A stretch of DNA of 64,000 nucleotides from a virus (Duplodnaviria; Caudoviricetes). The translations under genes and the position numbers were made by a program. The notes under the pieces are model-generated. The model saw only the letters and a list, made by a program, of their open reading frames with translations. It was not told the origin of the DNA and searched no databases. Location of the stretch: IMG/VR virus record IMGVR_UViG_2038011000_000015, positions 29,145 through 93,144 of that record. One strand, 5' to 3'. Of this stretch, positions 10,000 through 20,670 are shown in pieces (position 1 is the stretch's first letter; the number at the start of each line of letters is the position of its first letter).

Positions 10000-12155
10000 G
10001 TGTCTGACTTCTTTCCAAAGAACCCGTCAGGGTATGTTCCGGGTGCGGAGTTCGTAGACACGGGGGCGCCTTACGGTATCAAGCTCGGGATTATCACGCG
10101 CGTTGATGAGCTAGAGCTGAAGTGTGACATCAAGATCGTTACCGGCGGTGGGCAGCGTTTCGAGGTTGATCTTACGCAGGCTATGTCCGGGCCGCGTAGT
10201 TTCTGGGGAGGCATCCCTGAGGTCAACTCGTTCGTGATCATCGGTTACCGGCGTAAGCACAAGCAGCTGCATGAGGCTGTTATCTTGGGTTACCTCGGCA
10301 GTGGGAAGATGAGCGGGCTCCGATTTGACCCTGTGATGGCTTCCGATCCGCAGCGCATCGACCCGGAGGATGCCAGCGACTACCGAAAGCTCATTGGCCC
10401 ACAGGTGCGCTACAAGCGACTGAAGCTCGGCGTGGGCGACGTGGGCGGGATGTCATCGGCTGGGTCTGAGTTTGTTCTCTCTACCGACGTGCGGATGACC
10501 AATCGCGGGGGTGACTTCCTGGAGCTGCGCGATGCTGAGCGATCTTTGGTCTCGCAAACCATACATCGCATCGATAGCGAGGCGGGGATTCTGCGGTTAT
10601 CGGGGCCGGCACGGCGGTCGGGGCTCTACTTGCCACCAGACATTTTTTCGGAGGGTAACAACATCAAAAGTACCGACCAGGGGTACTTCGGCGGCGAGCT
10701 GCTCAAGCGTTTCACCCAAGGCGACAGTGTTCTCTACGATGCGTTCAACAACACTGCCAACTTTCCCCCTGTGACGCTGGCGAATGGAAGGCAGGTTCAC
10801 TACCCATCCACAATGCCCGCCGTGAACTTCGAAGATCCCCAGGATGGTGCTGGGGCAGAGCCCTACACGGAGGATCGCGTTGAGATGGCTCATACGACCG
10901 ACCTTGTGCAGGAGGTCCGTGAAGAGATCGATGGTTTTCACATGGATCGCCGTCCGATCTATATCGAGCGAGTCATGGGTACGCTCATCGGCAATGACAC
11001 GTCATCCAGCATGGGTTTGCAGCAGTATGGGCAGCTTTTGCGGCCAAAGATTTTTGATGAGTTTCAGTCGACCAGCAAAGCGAGTTTCAGCACAGAGGTT
11101 GTTGCGCGCTCTCCATTCGATGACAGTGAGGCGTACACAACGGCGGGCGCTTATTTGCTACGCATCAATCCTCCCCCCGGTCCGCTGGGCGTAGTACCGA
11201 CTTGAGTGCGTTTGCGATGGCGGTGTCCAAGCAGGGTAAGCTGTTTTTGAATGTGCCGGGGTCCAAGGTCGAAAAGTATCCCTCGGGCACCAAGAACGTG
11301 TCTGCAGAGATCAACATGGAAGGGGCTTTGAAGGCGCGGATCGGCGCGTCTAAGCCGGACAACATCGCGCTTCACTTGACCCTTGAGGGGGGCGCGGTCT
11401 TTGACTTCCGTGGGGGCGCGTCGGGCGCAGGGTTGCAGTTTCGGACGCATTCATCGTATGTGGTTGAGGCGCAAGGGGTGCCTAACAACAACAACGTAGC
11501 GTATGCGGAGAAACTTCAGGGGGCGCGGACCTCTCATACCATGGCTAACAGTGACGAGATCGTCGAAGGAGCCAAGGCCACCAACGTCAGTGGCGCATAC
11601 GCGATGCTCGCGGACCGCATGAGCATCAACGCGCACTCAGGATACGCGTTGAACGCGGGCGGCATCGACGTGCTCAGTTCGGGCAAAAGCCAGTACCAGT
11701 ACGCGCAGGAAGTTGTCGAGACGATTGTTACCGGTGGCCGGAGCACTACGATCCTTGCTGGTGGTGTAGACGAGACTGCGGTGGTGGGTGATTGGTCTAC
11801 GACCGTCCTCGGTGGTTCGATGTCCACGACGGTGGCCGCTGGTGGCTACAAGGTGTCGGTTGCCTCGGGGGCTGTGACCATTACGTCTGCCGCGGGGGGC
11901 GTTACGATGTCGTCTGCCGCGGGTGCGGTTACGTTGTCCGCGGGGCTAGCGGTATCGGTTACCGCGGGGACAACCATGAATCTCAGTGCCCCAACGTCCG
12001 TTACGCTCACGAGCGCGCAGGTTATGGTGGGAGGGCCCAGCGCTTCCCTTGGGGTGTGCCGTGGCGTTCCGATGATGCCCCCAGGCGCTCAAAGCCTTGA
12101 CTACATCACCGGACTTCCCCTGCAAGGCTCAGCCACCTTCCGATCAATGCTCTGA
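10000..12155 (+). CDS. baseplate spike (gp5/gpV-like); split into 10000-11205 and 11202-12155 by an apparent -1 frameshift at C6 11173-11178
   Basis: N-terminal OB-fold-like GIITRVD...GGIPEVNSFVIIGY and C-terminal Ser/Thr/Ala/Gly/Val beta-helix repeats (GAVTITSAAGGVTMSSAAGAVTLSAG). One extra C gives the continuous read NPPPRSAGRSTDLSAFAMAV. Confidence 0.7.
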
Positions 12156-12736
12156 TGCCTCTCAACCCCTCAGCGTTGGCCTCTGGGTTTATCGCGCCGA
12201 ACTTGATCGGTACCGGCAACCTCGGAACCGGGGTGCCGAACTTGTCGCTCGGTGTAGCGATCGGTGTTTGTCAGTTTCTGACCGTTCAGAGCAAGGTCAT
12301 GACCATTGATGCTGGAACGGTAGGGGCGGGGACTAGCATCATTCCATTGATCGTTCCGAGCCCTTTGGTGCTGAATGCTTTGACGAATTCCTTTGGATCG
12401 GTGGGGATGCTGGGGATGATGGCTCCTAAGTTCATTGTGGGGTTGGGAACGGGACTCACCACGGGATGGCTTTCATTGGCGCTTCTGCAATCAATTCATC
12501 CATCGGTTGGGGTGGGCGCTGGTGTAGCGAGAATCGTTGGGCCATCGGCGGTCCCGGCAATGATCGCAGGTTTCTCTGCCGCAGGGATGATCGGGGATGG
12601 CCCAGTGAGGTTTGCTCGCGCGATCGGGGCAGCTCTGGATTCGACTTTTGCATCGTTTGTGCAGGTAGGAGTACCGATCGTGGGCGCGCCTGCGCCGGCA
12701 GCTAGCTCTGGAACTGGATTCGGAAATGTGATCTGA
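12155..12736 (+). CDS. Gly/Ala-rich hydrophobic spike-associated virion protein
   Basis: TGATG overlap with the spike gene. 193 aa with very few charged residues. Confidence 0.5.
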   Translation: MPLNPSALASGFIAPNLIGTGNLGTGVPNLSLGVAIGVCQFLTVQSKVMTIDAGTVGAGTSIIPLIVPSPLVLNALTNSFGSVGMLGMMAPKFIVGLGTGLTTGWLSLALLQSIHPSVGVGAGVARIVGPSAVPAMIAGFSAAGMIGDGPVRFARAIGAALDSTFASFVQVGVPIVGAPAPAASSGTGFGNVI

Positions 12737-15700
12737 TGAGTTTGATCTCGGGATACGTTGTTGAGCCGATTCGTGTAGGGCAATCCAATGGGACCTTTAC
12801 GCAGACGCCCGACGTTTACGTAGCGAACGAGACTGCCTTCAATACCGCCTATCCGGAAGACGAAACAGCGCCGCGTACCGATTATCTGGTGATGGTGACC
12901 TCTGAGGGGACCACTCGTCCAGGGCTTTTGGAGTTTGCGCGTTTTGGCTTCACCAAGAATGAGATCATCGATCGCTTTGCCTATGATGCTCAGCTCGGCG
13001 CTTTTGTGCCGTTGAAGGGTTCAGCGCCTATCGAAGTTGGCGTGTTGGCCGCAGATGTGAATGACAATAGGCTCCGTGTACGGCCGCCAGTGCAAGCAAC
13101 CTCGGTAGCGTCCGCCCCGTACCGGCTCGCCGTTGGTTCTACAGGGAGTGGTATCGCTTGGTCTGTGGTGGTGGTGGCTACTGATGCCGATTTCAGCACT
13201 CCGGCGAGTCTGCCGACGCGGACTGTGCAGCTGTCCATGGAGACGGGCAACCTCAACTGGCGAACCAGCGATGTAACGACAACCTACGCGGGTGAACGAG
13301 TTCGGTTTCAGCAGCAGCAGTTCTTTACCAGCAAAGAGTCTACGGGGCGGCTTGGATTCGCGCCTATCTCGGTAGCAGAACCGGCATTGATCTTGAACCC
13401 GTTGCCCGGTCCAGGACAATACCCTCGAATCCGTTTTGGCTACGGCTTTTATCTCACGCCTGCGGAGGTAACTTCGTTCACGTCGAATCCTGCAGCCGGT
13501 ACTGTGCAGTGGATTCGAGGTACCGGTGAGCTGAAGTTTAATCTCGCGGATGCAACGGCAAACATTGGAACGCCCGTGTACTACGATGGCGTTTTGTTCG
13601 CGAACAACCTGTCGTTGCCGTCTCAATCTCTCGGGATGGTGCCGGCTTCAAACGGGCCGATGCCGACCACGATCACGGGTCTTCCCTCCACGAGCGGGTA
13701 CGACCTGATCTTTCGTGTGGAAGGAAGCAGCCCCTACTATCGCTTCCCAACGGTTACGTATCGGCAAGAAAGTCAATTTGATTCGAAGGGCAAGCGCGGT
13801 GAGGTGCAAGTTGATCCTACGACGGGCAAGGTGCGCCTGGCGAACGCTGACCGAGGCAAGTTTGTTGGGAAGACCGTTACACTCTTTATCGCTGACTTGC
13901 CGATCGAGCGCGGTATCTCGGTACGGTTTCTACGAAACCCAGTGAACCTGGATGGGTCGCTGGCCCTCAAGGATGTGACGGCTGTGTATTCGGTGCAGGG
14001 TGCGACGTGGGCTGACCCGATCATCGCCTCTCCTCAGGTGAGCTTGCCATCATTGCCCATTGAGGCGGCCGCGTATCCGACGACGGTGCATGTCGTGCAG
14101 GGCCAAGGTTCCTACGTCAACAACGCCTTTCCAGATCTGACCGTCTCCCCTCAAGAAGGCCTCGGATACTTCATTGACTACGATTCGGCAACCATGTTCT
14201 TTGCGCAACGCAAAGAAGACGTAATTGTGTCGTTGGGTATGACCTCCGACGTTGTGCTCCCTGATCCATTGCTCGTGTCGAGTCATCTGGTAATCGAGCG
14301 AGGCTCGGGTAGCAGCTATCAGTTGCTTGTTGTGGGGGATGATGTTTTGGTTGACACAACCAGCGGGGTTGTATCGTTGGCTTCAACCAACGCTGCCCTG
14401 GTCGCCGGAACAGCTTCGATCGTCGGATCCACTCTGACGGATCCACAAGCGATGTTCATTACCGGTGGTGTTCGCGCTGGTCAATTGGTTGTGTTGACTG
14501 GGCGTGGCTCGCTGTACTCGGTGGTCTCGGATCCGGTCACGGAAACCGCGGTCGAGCTGCACCCTCAGCCAGAGCCTGGAAGCAAACTCGCCTACACGAT
14601 CTACGAAGATCGCGAAGTCCTGGCGGATCGATACTTTGATGAGGTAGTGCTGGTTGACCCCTCCACAAAGGTTGAGCGCGTCTACGAGGGAGTCGCACGG
14701 ACATTGACTCCCAAGGTGGATTACCAGTTGCAAGCTGAGTTGGGCTTGGTTCAGTTCAGTGATCGGCTGTTAACTGGCGAGCAAGCACGCATCACCTATA
14801 CGGTGAAGCCTCCCTACACGATGCCTGCAACGGAGCCGGGTGGTCCGGTCACCGAATATGCTCGCTTTCTGATTCGCAAGGAGGTCACGCTCGAGCACCC
14901 ATTGCCCACGTCCACGCTGAAGTTCAATCCTGCAGGACTGATCGTCGCTTCGGAGCCAGCGCCCGCGGTCTTTCGCGGGGGGCGGCCGCAAAAGCTCGGC
15001 GTTCAGTGTACCGTTGATACCGAGGCGTCTGAGATCACGTTTCTGGATGATGGGCAGCTTACGGATGCGTTGCCGCACGGCGCGGTGGTCAATCCCAATG
15101 AGCGCGTGTACATCGATTACTACGTCACCCAAGCTGTCGGCGGGGAAAAGACCTTTACAGTGCTCCAGCCGCCGCTGTTGACTTCGCCGGTTACGATAAA
15201 AGAGCTGACCAATGAGTTCGTTGTTCGCGGGGATCAAACAGCGAGATTTCCTAGCCAGCATCTTCTACGCATAGAGAGCGAGCAGATCTACCTGATCGGC
15301 AGCTCTTCTTATGCTGCTGATGCGGATGAGACAACGGTACGGCTCTACGACAGCGGCACCAATCCCGATGGCTTTAGTCAGAGCTTTTCGGACGCCTACA
15401 GTGACCCAAAGCTCTATGTGTCCTCAGGACCTACTCCGATAGTCCCAGCGCCACTTAGCCCGGCGTATTTCGTTGCTGAGCTTAGTGTGTATGAGCCGAT
15501 CGCGCGGGGCAGCAACACCTTCTGGATTTCGGGCGATCAAGCTTCTTCGTATCGCATCGGGACGGTTGTCTTGTTTACCAACGCGCTGGGAACCTTCACC
15601 GACTTTCAGCAGGTGACAGGCGTTGCCTACGACGTCGGTACAGGCCGGACCAAGGTGATGCTGGCTTCCAATGTTGCGCGGCAGTATTTGCATGGGCAAC

Positions 15701-18258
15701 AGCTCTTGCTGCGATCGTTGCGCCCGGTATTTGCTGAACCGCCTACGGAAGTGCAGACCGCGCGGATTCCCAAGCTCACCCAACCCTATTTAGTATACCG
15801 GCAGACGGTGGGACAACCAGGCCGCGTGCTGACGCAGGCTGAGTATACGATCGACGAAACCGGGCGCGTTGTGCTGGTCGAGCCGCTCGCTCCCAATGAA
15901 GAGATCTCGATTTGCTATACGGGACTCACCACTCCAGCGGCGGGGGAGAACCTGAGGGTGTCGTACACGTGCCAGATTGCCCCTTCGGCGATCAACGGAC
16001 TCTTGGGCCAGGCGCTAATCGCGGATTACTACATTCAATCCGCGGATAGCTTCTACTTCCGCGTTGAAACTATGACCAACTTCCGTGGGGAGTTTGCTGC
16101 GGAAATTGCTGCTTCGGCGGCGAGCGGAAGCTCCGGCCCTCGGACGTCGAATTCGTCTCAGCCGAAGCTCTGGGAGCAAGGTCGCAAATCGCTATACTTT
16201 GACGAGCGCCACTTGGCTAATCAAGATAGGGTAGCTCGCGCTGCCCTGTTCTTTTACAACGATTTGATCAATTCCATTGAGAGCTTCCGTAGTCAGTTGG
16301 ATGGGCTGGTTGTTGGCAACAACGATGGTCCGCTGCGATTCGACGGTGGGACTGGCCGCAAGTCTTTGGGCGAGCCCGTTACGAATCAAATTGATGATGC
16401 GCTCGAAGTATCGGACAGCCCACCATTCAGCGTGCTCAAGAGGTACTACGAACCGGGGCCGCTGAGCCGGTTCTACCCGACGCACAAGAACTTCTTCGGC
16501 ACCACTATCGCGATTGATGATCAGACCTCGACGGGTACAGAGGTCTTGGGCACGAGCACCGGAAACGTCACGCAGGTGTCGAGTCTGCGTTGGCGGCAGG
16601 CTTGGGGGGTGGTTCAGAAGAGCAGCACCGGTAGCACTCTACAGGTTGATCTCGCGAAAGGCACGGAGCCTGAGTTTGCGGAGCAAGCGCAGCGGTATGG
16701 CCGGCGTCCCTTCAAGCAAAAGATGAAGTGCGCGATCGTCTCACGTGACGGCGCCTTGGTCGCCTCTCTGGTGTCTATCGTGAGCGTCGCCGACTATGAA
16801 GTGAACCTCTCAAATGCGGTTGTGGCTCCCATTGGCGCAACCATCTATCAGCTTCAGACCGATGACTCGAAGCTAGGTACGGCGCCCAATGAAGAGCCGA
16901 ACATGGTCACGCATGTTGCTGGCCGCGACTATTCCTTCAACGGTGAGACAGGGCAGATTACCTACGTTGAACCGGCGGGCGACCCCGCTACCAATGTGCC
17001 GTTGTCGGGTCTGACGCTATATGAAGGCGAGTTGACCTTCACTAACAAGCTGACGGAGCCGTTCAAGTTTCCAGCGCTGTTCGGCGGTATTGAAGACGAT
17101 GACGGAGCTTTGAGCTTTCCGATTCAGAGCCCACACCCGGACAATGAGCAGTGGAAGTTGTCGGCGGAGACCGTGATCATCGGCTCCGGCGCAATCCGTG
17201 CTCCGCTTGTCACTGAGCCCAAGGTGTCGACTGGTTCTGTGGTAGCGCCCAACCTCTACACCATCGTGGATTCGACCATTGGTTCGATGGTCCCAGGCCC
17301 GCAACCAGGGGGGTTGGTGCGGATATTGACGGGGCCGAACAGTGGTTCGGGCTTTCGACGTGTTTCATCGGTAGGGAGCACCTACGTAATCGTTACTTCG
17401 GTGGGGGACGGAGGCGCTACTTTGCCTGCGTTTGTAGCGTCCGCGGGGTTCTCTTACGAGCTGGTTGTGAGCCCGAACATCGCGAGCGGAACAGCGAACG
17501 GCGGGACGGTTTCAACGCTCTCACATAGCGGGGCTTCGTTTCTATCGACGGTGAAGGTTGGTTACACCGTGGTTTTGACCTTCGGGACCACCGTTTATCG
17601 GCGACAGGTAACGGCGGTCAACTCGAACACCACCTTGACCTTCTACCCGAGCGTGCCGACTGCTGTCGGGACGGCGACGCAGTATCGGATTGAGAACTCG
17701 CTTGCGACCTATGGCAATCGCAGTGGGGTGGGGGAGTTGGACCCGATACAGGCATGGGATGCCGTCTTGGCTGGCCTGCAGGCGCTATACGCAGACTATG
17801 GTGTGGCGCTGGATTCGATCTTGGCGAAAGCCGAAGATGGCGTGCGGTACTTCGGGCTTACTGATTCTCTCGTGACGAGCCTCACGGAGCTGCGCACTTC
17901 CGTGGCGGCACTGGTGTCGCCTTTGGCGGGCCTACGCGCGAAGCTTGCTCCAGCGCAGGTAGTGGCGTTCGATGGAGCCCACACGTTTGCGATGGATGTT
18001 CTTGGCTTGGATGTTGATGCGCGTGAGGCTCAGGTTGTTGATCGGAGCGAAGCGATAGAGACCGTGGTTGAACAGCTGATCGACATCCTTGCCAACACAG
18101 AAAAGCTCTATGACAAGCGATATGTGTGGATTGACGCGCGGATCAACTTGGAAAGCGGGTTGCTCGTACGCCAAGAACTGGCGGTGAAGAACCGTTTGAA
18201 GGCACAGACGGAAATGCTCAAGCAACTAATCAAGCTGCTCGCAGTAGGGGGTGTGTGA
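12736..18258 (+). CDS. giant baseplate/virion structural protein (1840 aa)
   Basis: Translationally coupled. Beta-rich with recurring D-x-x-x-G-x-(V/I/L)-x-(F/L) hairpin motifs and a helical C-terminus. Confidence 0.6.
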   Translation: MSLISGYVVEPIRVGQSNGTFTQTPDVYVANETAFNTAYPEDETAPRTDYLVMVTSEGTTRPGLLEFARFGFTKNEIIDRFAYDAQLGAFVPLKGSAPIEVGVLAADVNDNRLRVRPPVQATSVASAPYRLAVGSTGSGIAWSVVVVATDADFSTPASLPTRTVQLSMETGNLNWRTSDVTTTYAGERVRFQQQQFFTSKESTGRLGFAPISVAEPALILNPLPGPGQYPRIRFGYGFYLTPAEVTSFTSNPAAGTVQWIRGTGELKFNLADATANIGTPVYYDGVLFANNLSLPSQSLGMVPASNGPMPTTITGLPSTSGYDLIFRVEGSSPYYRFPTVTYRQESQFDSKGKRGEVQVDPTTGKVRLANADRGKFVGKTVTLFIADLPIERGISVRFLRNPVNLDGSLALKDVTAVYSVQGATWADPIIASPQVSLPSLPIEAAAYPTTVHVVQGQGSYVNNAFPDLTVSPQEGLGYFIDYDSATMFFAQRKEDVIVSLGMTSDVVLPDPLLVSSHLVIERGSGSSYQLLVVGDDVLVDTTSGVVSLASTNAALVAGTASIVGSTLTDPQAMFITGGVRAGQLVVLTGRGSLYSVVSDPVTETAVELHPQPEPGSKLAYTIYEDREVLADRYFDEVVLVDPSTKVERVYEGVARTLTPKVDYQLQAELGLVQFSDRLLTGEQARITYTVKPPYTMPATEPGGPVTEYARFLIRKEVTLEHPLPTSTLKFNPAGLIVASEPAPAVFRGGRPQKLGVQCTVDTEASEITFLDDGQLTDALPHGAVVNPNERVYIDYYVTQAVGGEKTFTVLQPPLLTSPVTIKELTNEFVVRGDQTARFPSQHLLRIESEQIYLIGSSSYAADADETTVRLYDSGTNPDGFSQSFSDAYSDPKLYVSSGPTPIVPAPLSPAYFVAELSVYEPIARGSNTFWISGDQASSYRIGTVVLFTNALGTFTDFQQVTGVAYDVGTGRTKVMLASNVARQYLHGQQLLLRSLRPVFAEPPTEVQTARIPKLTQPYLVYRQTVGQPGRVLTQAEYTIDETGRVVLVEPLAPNEEISICYTGLTTPAAGENLRVSYTCQIAPSAINGLLGQALIADYYIQSADSFYFRVETMTNFRGEFAAEIAASAASGSSGPRTSNSSQPKLWEQGRKSLYFDERHLANQDRVARAALFFYNDLINSIESFRSQLDGLVVGNNDGPLRFDGGTGRKSLGEPVTNQIDDALEVSDSPPFSVLKRYYEPGPLSRFYPTHKNFFGTTIAIDDQTSTGTEVLGTSTGNVTQVSSLRWRQAWGVVQKSSTGSTLQVDLAKGTEPEFAEQAQRYGRRPFKQKMKCAIVSRDGALVASLVSIVSVADYEVNLSNAVVAPIGATIYQLQTDDSKLGTAPNEEPNMVTHVAGRDYSFNGETGQITYVEPAGDPATNVPLSGLTLYEGELTFTNKLTEPFKFPALFGGIEDDDGALSFPIQSPHPDNEQWKLSAETVIIGSGAIRAPLVTEPKVSTGSVVAPNLYTIVDSTIGSMVPGPQPGGLVRILTGPNSGSGFRRVSSVGSTYVIVTSVGDGGATLPAFVASAGFSYELVVSPNIASGTANGGTVSTLSHSGASFLSTVKVGYTVVLTFGTTVYRRQVTAVNSNTTLTFYPSVPTAVGTATQYRIENSLATYGNRSGVGELDPIQAWDAVLAGLQALYADYGVALDSILAKAEDGVRYFGLTDSLVTSLTELRTSVAALVSPLAGLRAKLAPAQVVAFDGAHTFAMDVLGLDVDAREAQVVDRSEAIETVVEQLIDILANTEKLYDKRYVWIDARINLESGLLVRQELAVKNRLKAQTEMLKQLIKLLAVGGV

Positions 18259-18419
18259 TGGAAGAGCAGAATAAGAAGTCGCCACCGGCATGGGAAAAGC
18301 GTGAATTTGTCATTCATGAGAAGATGAAAGAGATATGTCGGTTGGGGGTAGCCGCAACAGAGGCGGAGATCGCTGCACTGCGGCGCAAGCTCGAAAAGCT
18401 CCAATACGGCGGTCGGTAG
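18258..18419 (+). CDS. small 53-aa coiled-coil protein (absent from ORF track)
   Basis: ATG overlaps the previous TGA. MEEQNKKSPPAWEKREFVIHEKMKEICRLGVAATEAEIAALRRKLEKLQYGGR* fills the gap before the next gene. Confidence 0.7.
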   Translation: MEEQNKKSPPAWEKREFVIHEKMKEICRLGVAATEAEIAALRRKLEKLQYGGR

Positions 18420-18425
18420 CAAAGG

Positions 18426-20600
18426 ATGGCTGACTGGCAGGCACTGTCGATACAGATCCCAGGGCAAGATCTCCTGGAGGGCGCGAGGGGTGCGCTCGAA
18501 GGGCTCATGGTCTACCTGGAGATCACCAAAGCGATTCTAGAGACCGTCAAGGTCTTCATGGTTGATTTTGGCAATCCCATCAAGCCGCTAGTCGAAGCAC
18601 TGCTGCAGCTCATTGTGGACTTGTTCGAGTCGCTCAAGCGCTCTGGGCTCTATGCTTGGTTTGATGTTCCCAATCCGCTTGTGGACCCGAACTTCAACCG
18701 GTTTGTGGGTGGCTTTAGAGCGTTTGTGGAGCGTTTCAAGTCTGGATTGGTTGACCCGCGGGACGCGAATCGGCCGCAACCCGTAGCGGGTGCGCACAAG
18801 AGCGGGTTTATGCTGATCGTAGCGGACGCGGAATCGTCCATGGCGTTGATGCGCTACATGGAAGTGTTGCAGCGATTCTTTGGCAAAGAGTTTGCCACGC
18901 CTCAGTATCTGCCCCCATCTAATTTCAAGGTACTCCCGGTGGGTGCCGATGGCGATCCGATCCTGGCTGTCTCGAGAGTGTTTCAGTTTCAGCCAACGTC
19001 GATTGCCATTGAATGGTCCCTGCCTCCGGTGACGAGTCCCGGAGATCCTGGGTTTGCAGATCTCATTCAGGGGACATCGCAGCTGGCGTTTATGCCAGCG
19101 TTCTTGATCGAAAAGAGTGCGGAGGTGAACCCTGCCGTTGGTGAGATCACGGTTGAGCAGCTCAGTGATCCTGACGCTGCCGGCCCCGTTGTCATGACTG
19201 AAAATACCCTGACGTTGGTCCAAGGGTCGCAGAGAATGGTACCGCGTGCTGTGCGTCTTACGGAGCCTAATGGAGATCCCTTCATTAAGTTTCAGCAGTA
19301 CATCGCCGTGGATCCTTCCGCTTCGACCGGATCGTTCCTGCTCGGGCAGCTGGGGACGTTTCGCTACATCGACACGGACGTTAGGCTGAATTACACCTAC
19401 TACTATCGGGTCCGTGCATTTACGGGGCGGCTGGCGATGTCTGGCACGTCCGTCAACTTTGGGCTTCCGCAGACCAATGTAGTTGATAAGACGCTCTACA
19501 TTGAATGGCCGGCCGCCGATAGTGGTAACAAGCCGGTGATGGGGAAGGCATCCCCTATCGCTCGGGTCACGATTCCGATGTACCCAGAGCGATTCGATGT
19601 GATCGAGACGCTGCGACGGCTCTTTCAAACGGCGTTCTCGTTGAATTTCCACTTGCCGATGCCCGAGGGTGCTCGATTTGACAGTGACGGTCTTGCGATC
19701 GAGCCGACAGTAAACTCGGACATCGGAAAGGGCACGTTGACCTCACTAGCTGGACCTGCAGCATCGTTTCAGGCGGTGCCTATCCTGGCGGGGATCACGC
19801 GGCTTACCGACGTGACGGCACGATTCCAGCGGGATCCCGCCACGGGGAAGCTTCCTGAGCAACCGTGGAATGATACGCGAGTGGTTCGGAACTCAGCGCG
19901 TTTGGCCAATATTGTGGCGGGGGCGATGTTGGGGGCGAACTCTGCGGTGGCCTTCAAGGGGCTCATGGAGAACGGGTTTCCGCGGCAAGCACCCGCTATA
20001 GAAGGGCTAGACGTCACTAATCTGTATGAGCTGGTCTACGAGATTACAAAAGTACAGGACCCTGAGTCGGCTGGCGATAGGGCTGTTCAAGACGCAGGGG
20101 TCCTGTACAGCGATGTTTTTGCTGACCCGCACGTACGGCTCAATGTGCTGGCCGCGGTGAGCTTCTGCAAATCGTTTACCCTGGAAGGTGGGTCGGCCGA
20201 CTGGATCCAGATAAGCCTGCTTCGCGATGTTGTGCCTTGGTCTGGTCAGCTCATCTACGAGCTTTTGGCCAAGATGCAGGCGCTCGTTGACGCGTACGCG
20301 GGGGTGATGGCTGAACTACGGGCGTTCGTGGATTTGATCGTCGCCAAGATAGACACTCTTGAGCGGCTTCTTCAATACCTGACGTCGATTCTCGACTTCG
20401 TGGCTGGCTTGTCACTTGGTTTCTACATCTTGAACGTGCCAGAGACCGAGGGCGGGGTGTCTGAGTGGATGTCGTTGATCGATAACGCCGGAGGAATGGC
20501 GCCGCCCAGTGGGCCAGGGGGGTACACGGGGGGAGTGGCGCTTGCGTACGTCGCGGCTGACGTGACGCCTTACGCGACCGCTCTGAGGCTGATTTTCTAA
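18426..20600 (+). CDS. virion protein with Fn3-like segment and duplicated helical termini
   Basis: SD AAGGA. FRYIDTDVRLNYTYYYRVRAF is an Fn3-type strand motif. The N- and C-terminal amphipathic helix-G(L/F)Y-..GG units resemble each other. Confidence 0.55.
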   Translation: MADWQALSIQIPGQDLLEGARGALEGLMVYLEITKAILETVKVFMVDFGNPIKPLVEALLQLIVDLFESLKRSGLYAWFDVPNPLVDPNFNRFVGGFRAFVERFKSGLVDPRDANRPQPVAGAHKSGFMLIVADAESSMALMRYMEVLQRFFGKEFATPQYLPPSNFKVLPVGADGDPILAVSRVFQFQPTSIAIEWSLPPVTSPGDPGFADLIQGTSQLAFMPAFLIEKSAEVNPAVGEITVEQLSDPDAAGPVVMTENTLTLVQGSQRMVPRAVRLTEPNGDPFIKFQQYIAVDPSASTGSFLLGQLGTFRYIDTDVRLNYTYYYRVRAFTGRLAMSGTSVNFGLPQTNVVDKTLYIEWPAADSGNKPVMGKASPIARVTIPMYPERFDVIETLRRLFQTAFSLNFHLPMPEGARFDSDGLAIEPTVNSDIGKGTLTSLAGPAASFQAVPILAGITRLTDVTARFQRDPATGKLPEQPWNDTRVVRNSARLANIVAGAMLGANSAVAFKGLMENGFPRQAPAIEGLDVTNLYELVYEITKVQDPESAGDRAVQDAGVLYSDVFADPHVRLNVLAAVSFCKSFTLEGGSADWIQISLLRDVVPWSGQLIYELLAKMQALVDAYAGVMAELRAFVDLIVAKIDTLERLLQYLTSILDFVAGLSLGFYILNVPETEGGVSEWMSLIDNAGGMAPPSGPGGYTGGVALAYVAADVTPYATALRLIF

Positions 20601-20649
20601 GTCGAGCTAATCGTTCGATGGTCCGGCTTGTGTTGAACCTGCGGGGTTA

Positions 20650-20655
20650 GGTGTA
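20650..20655 (+). promoter_or_regulatory. GGTGTA motif copy (candidate phage promoter)
   Basis: Intergenic AGGTGTAA, 15 nt before GTG 20671 with GAGAGG SD between. Confidence 0.5.
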
Positions 20656-20670
20656 ACGAGAGGTTCTCGC

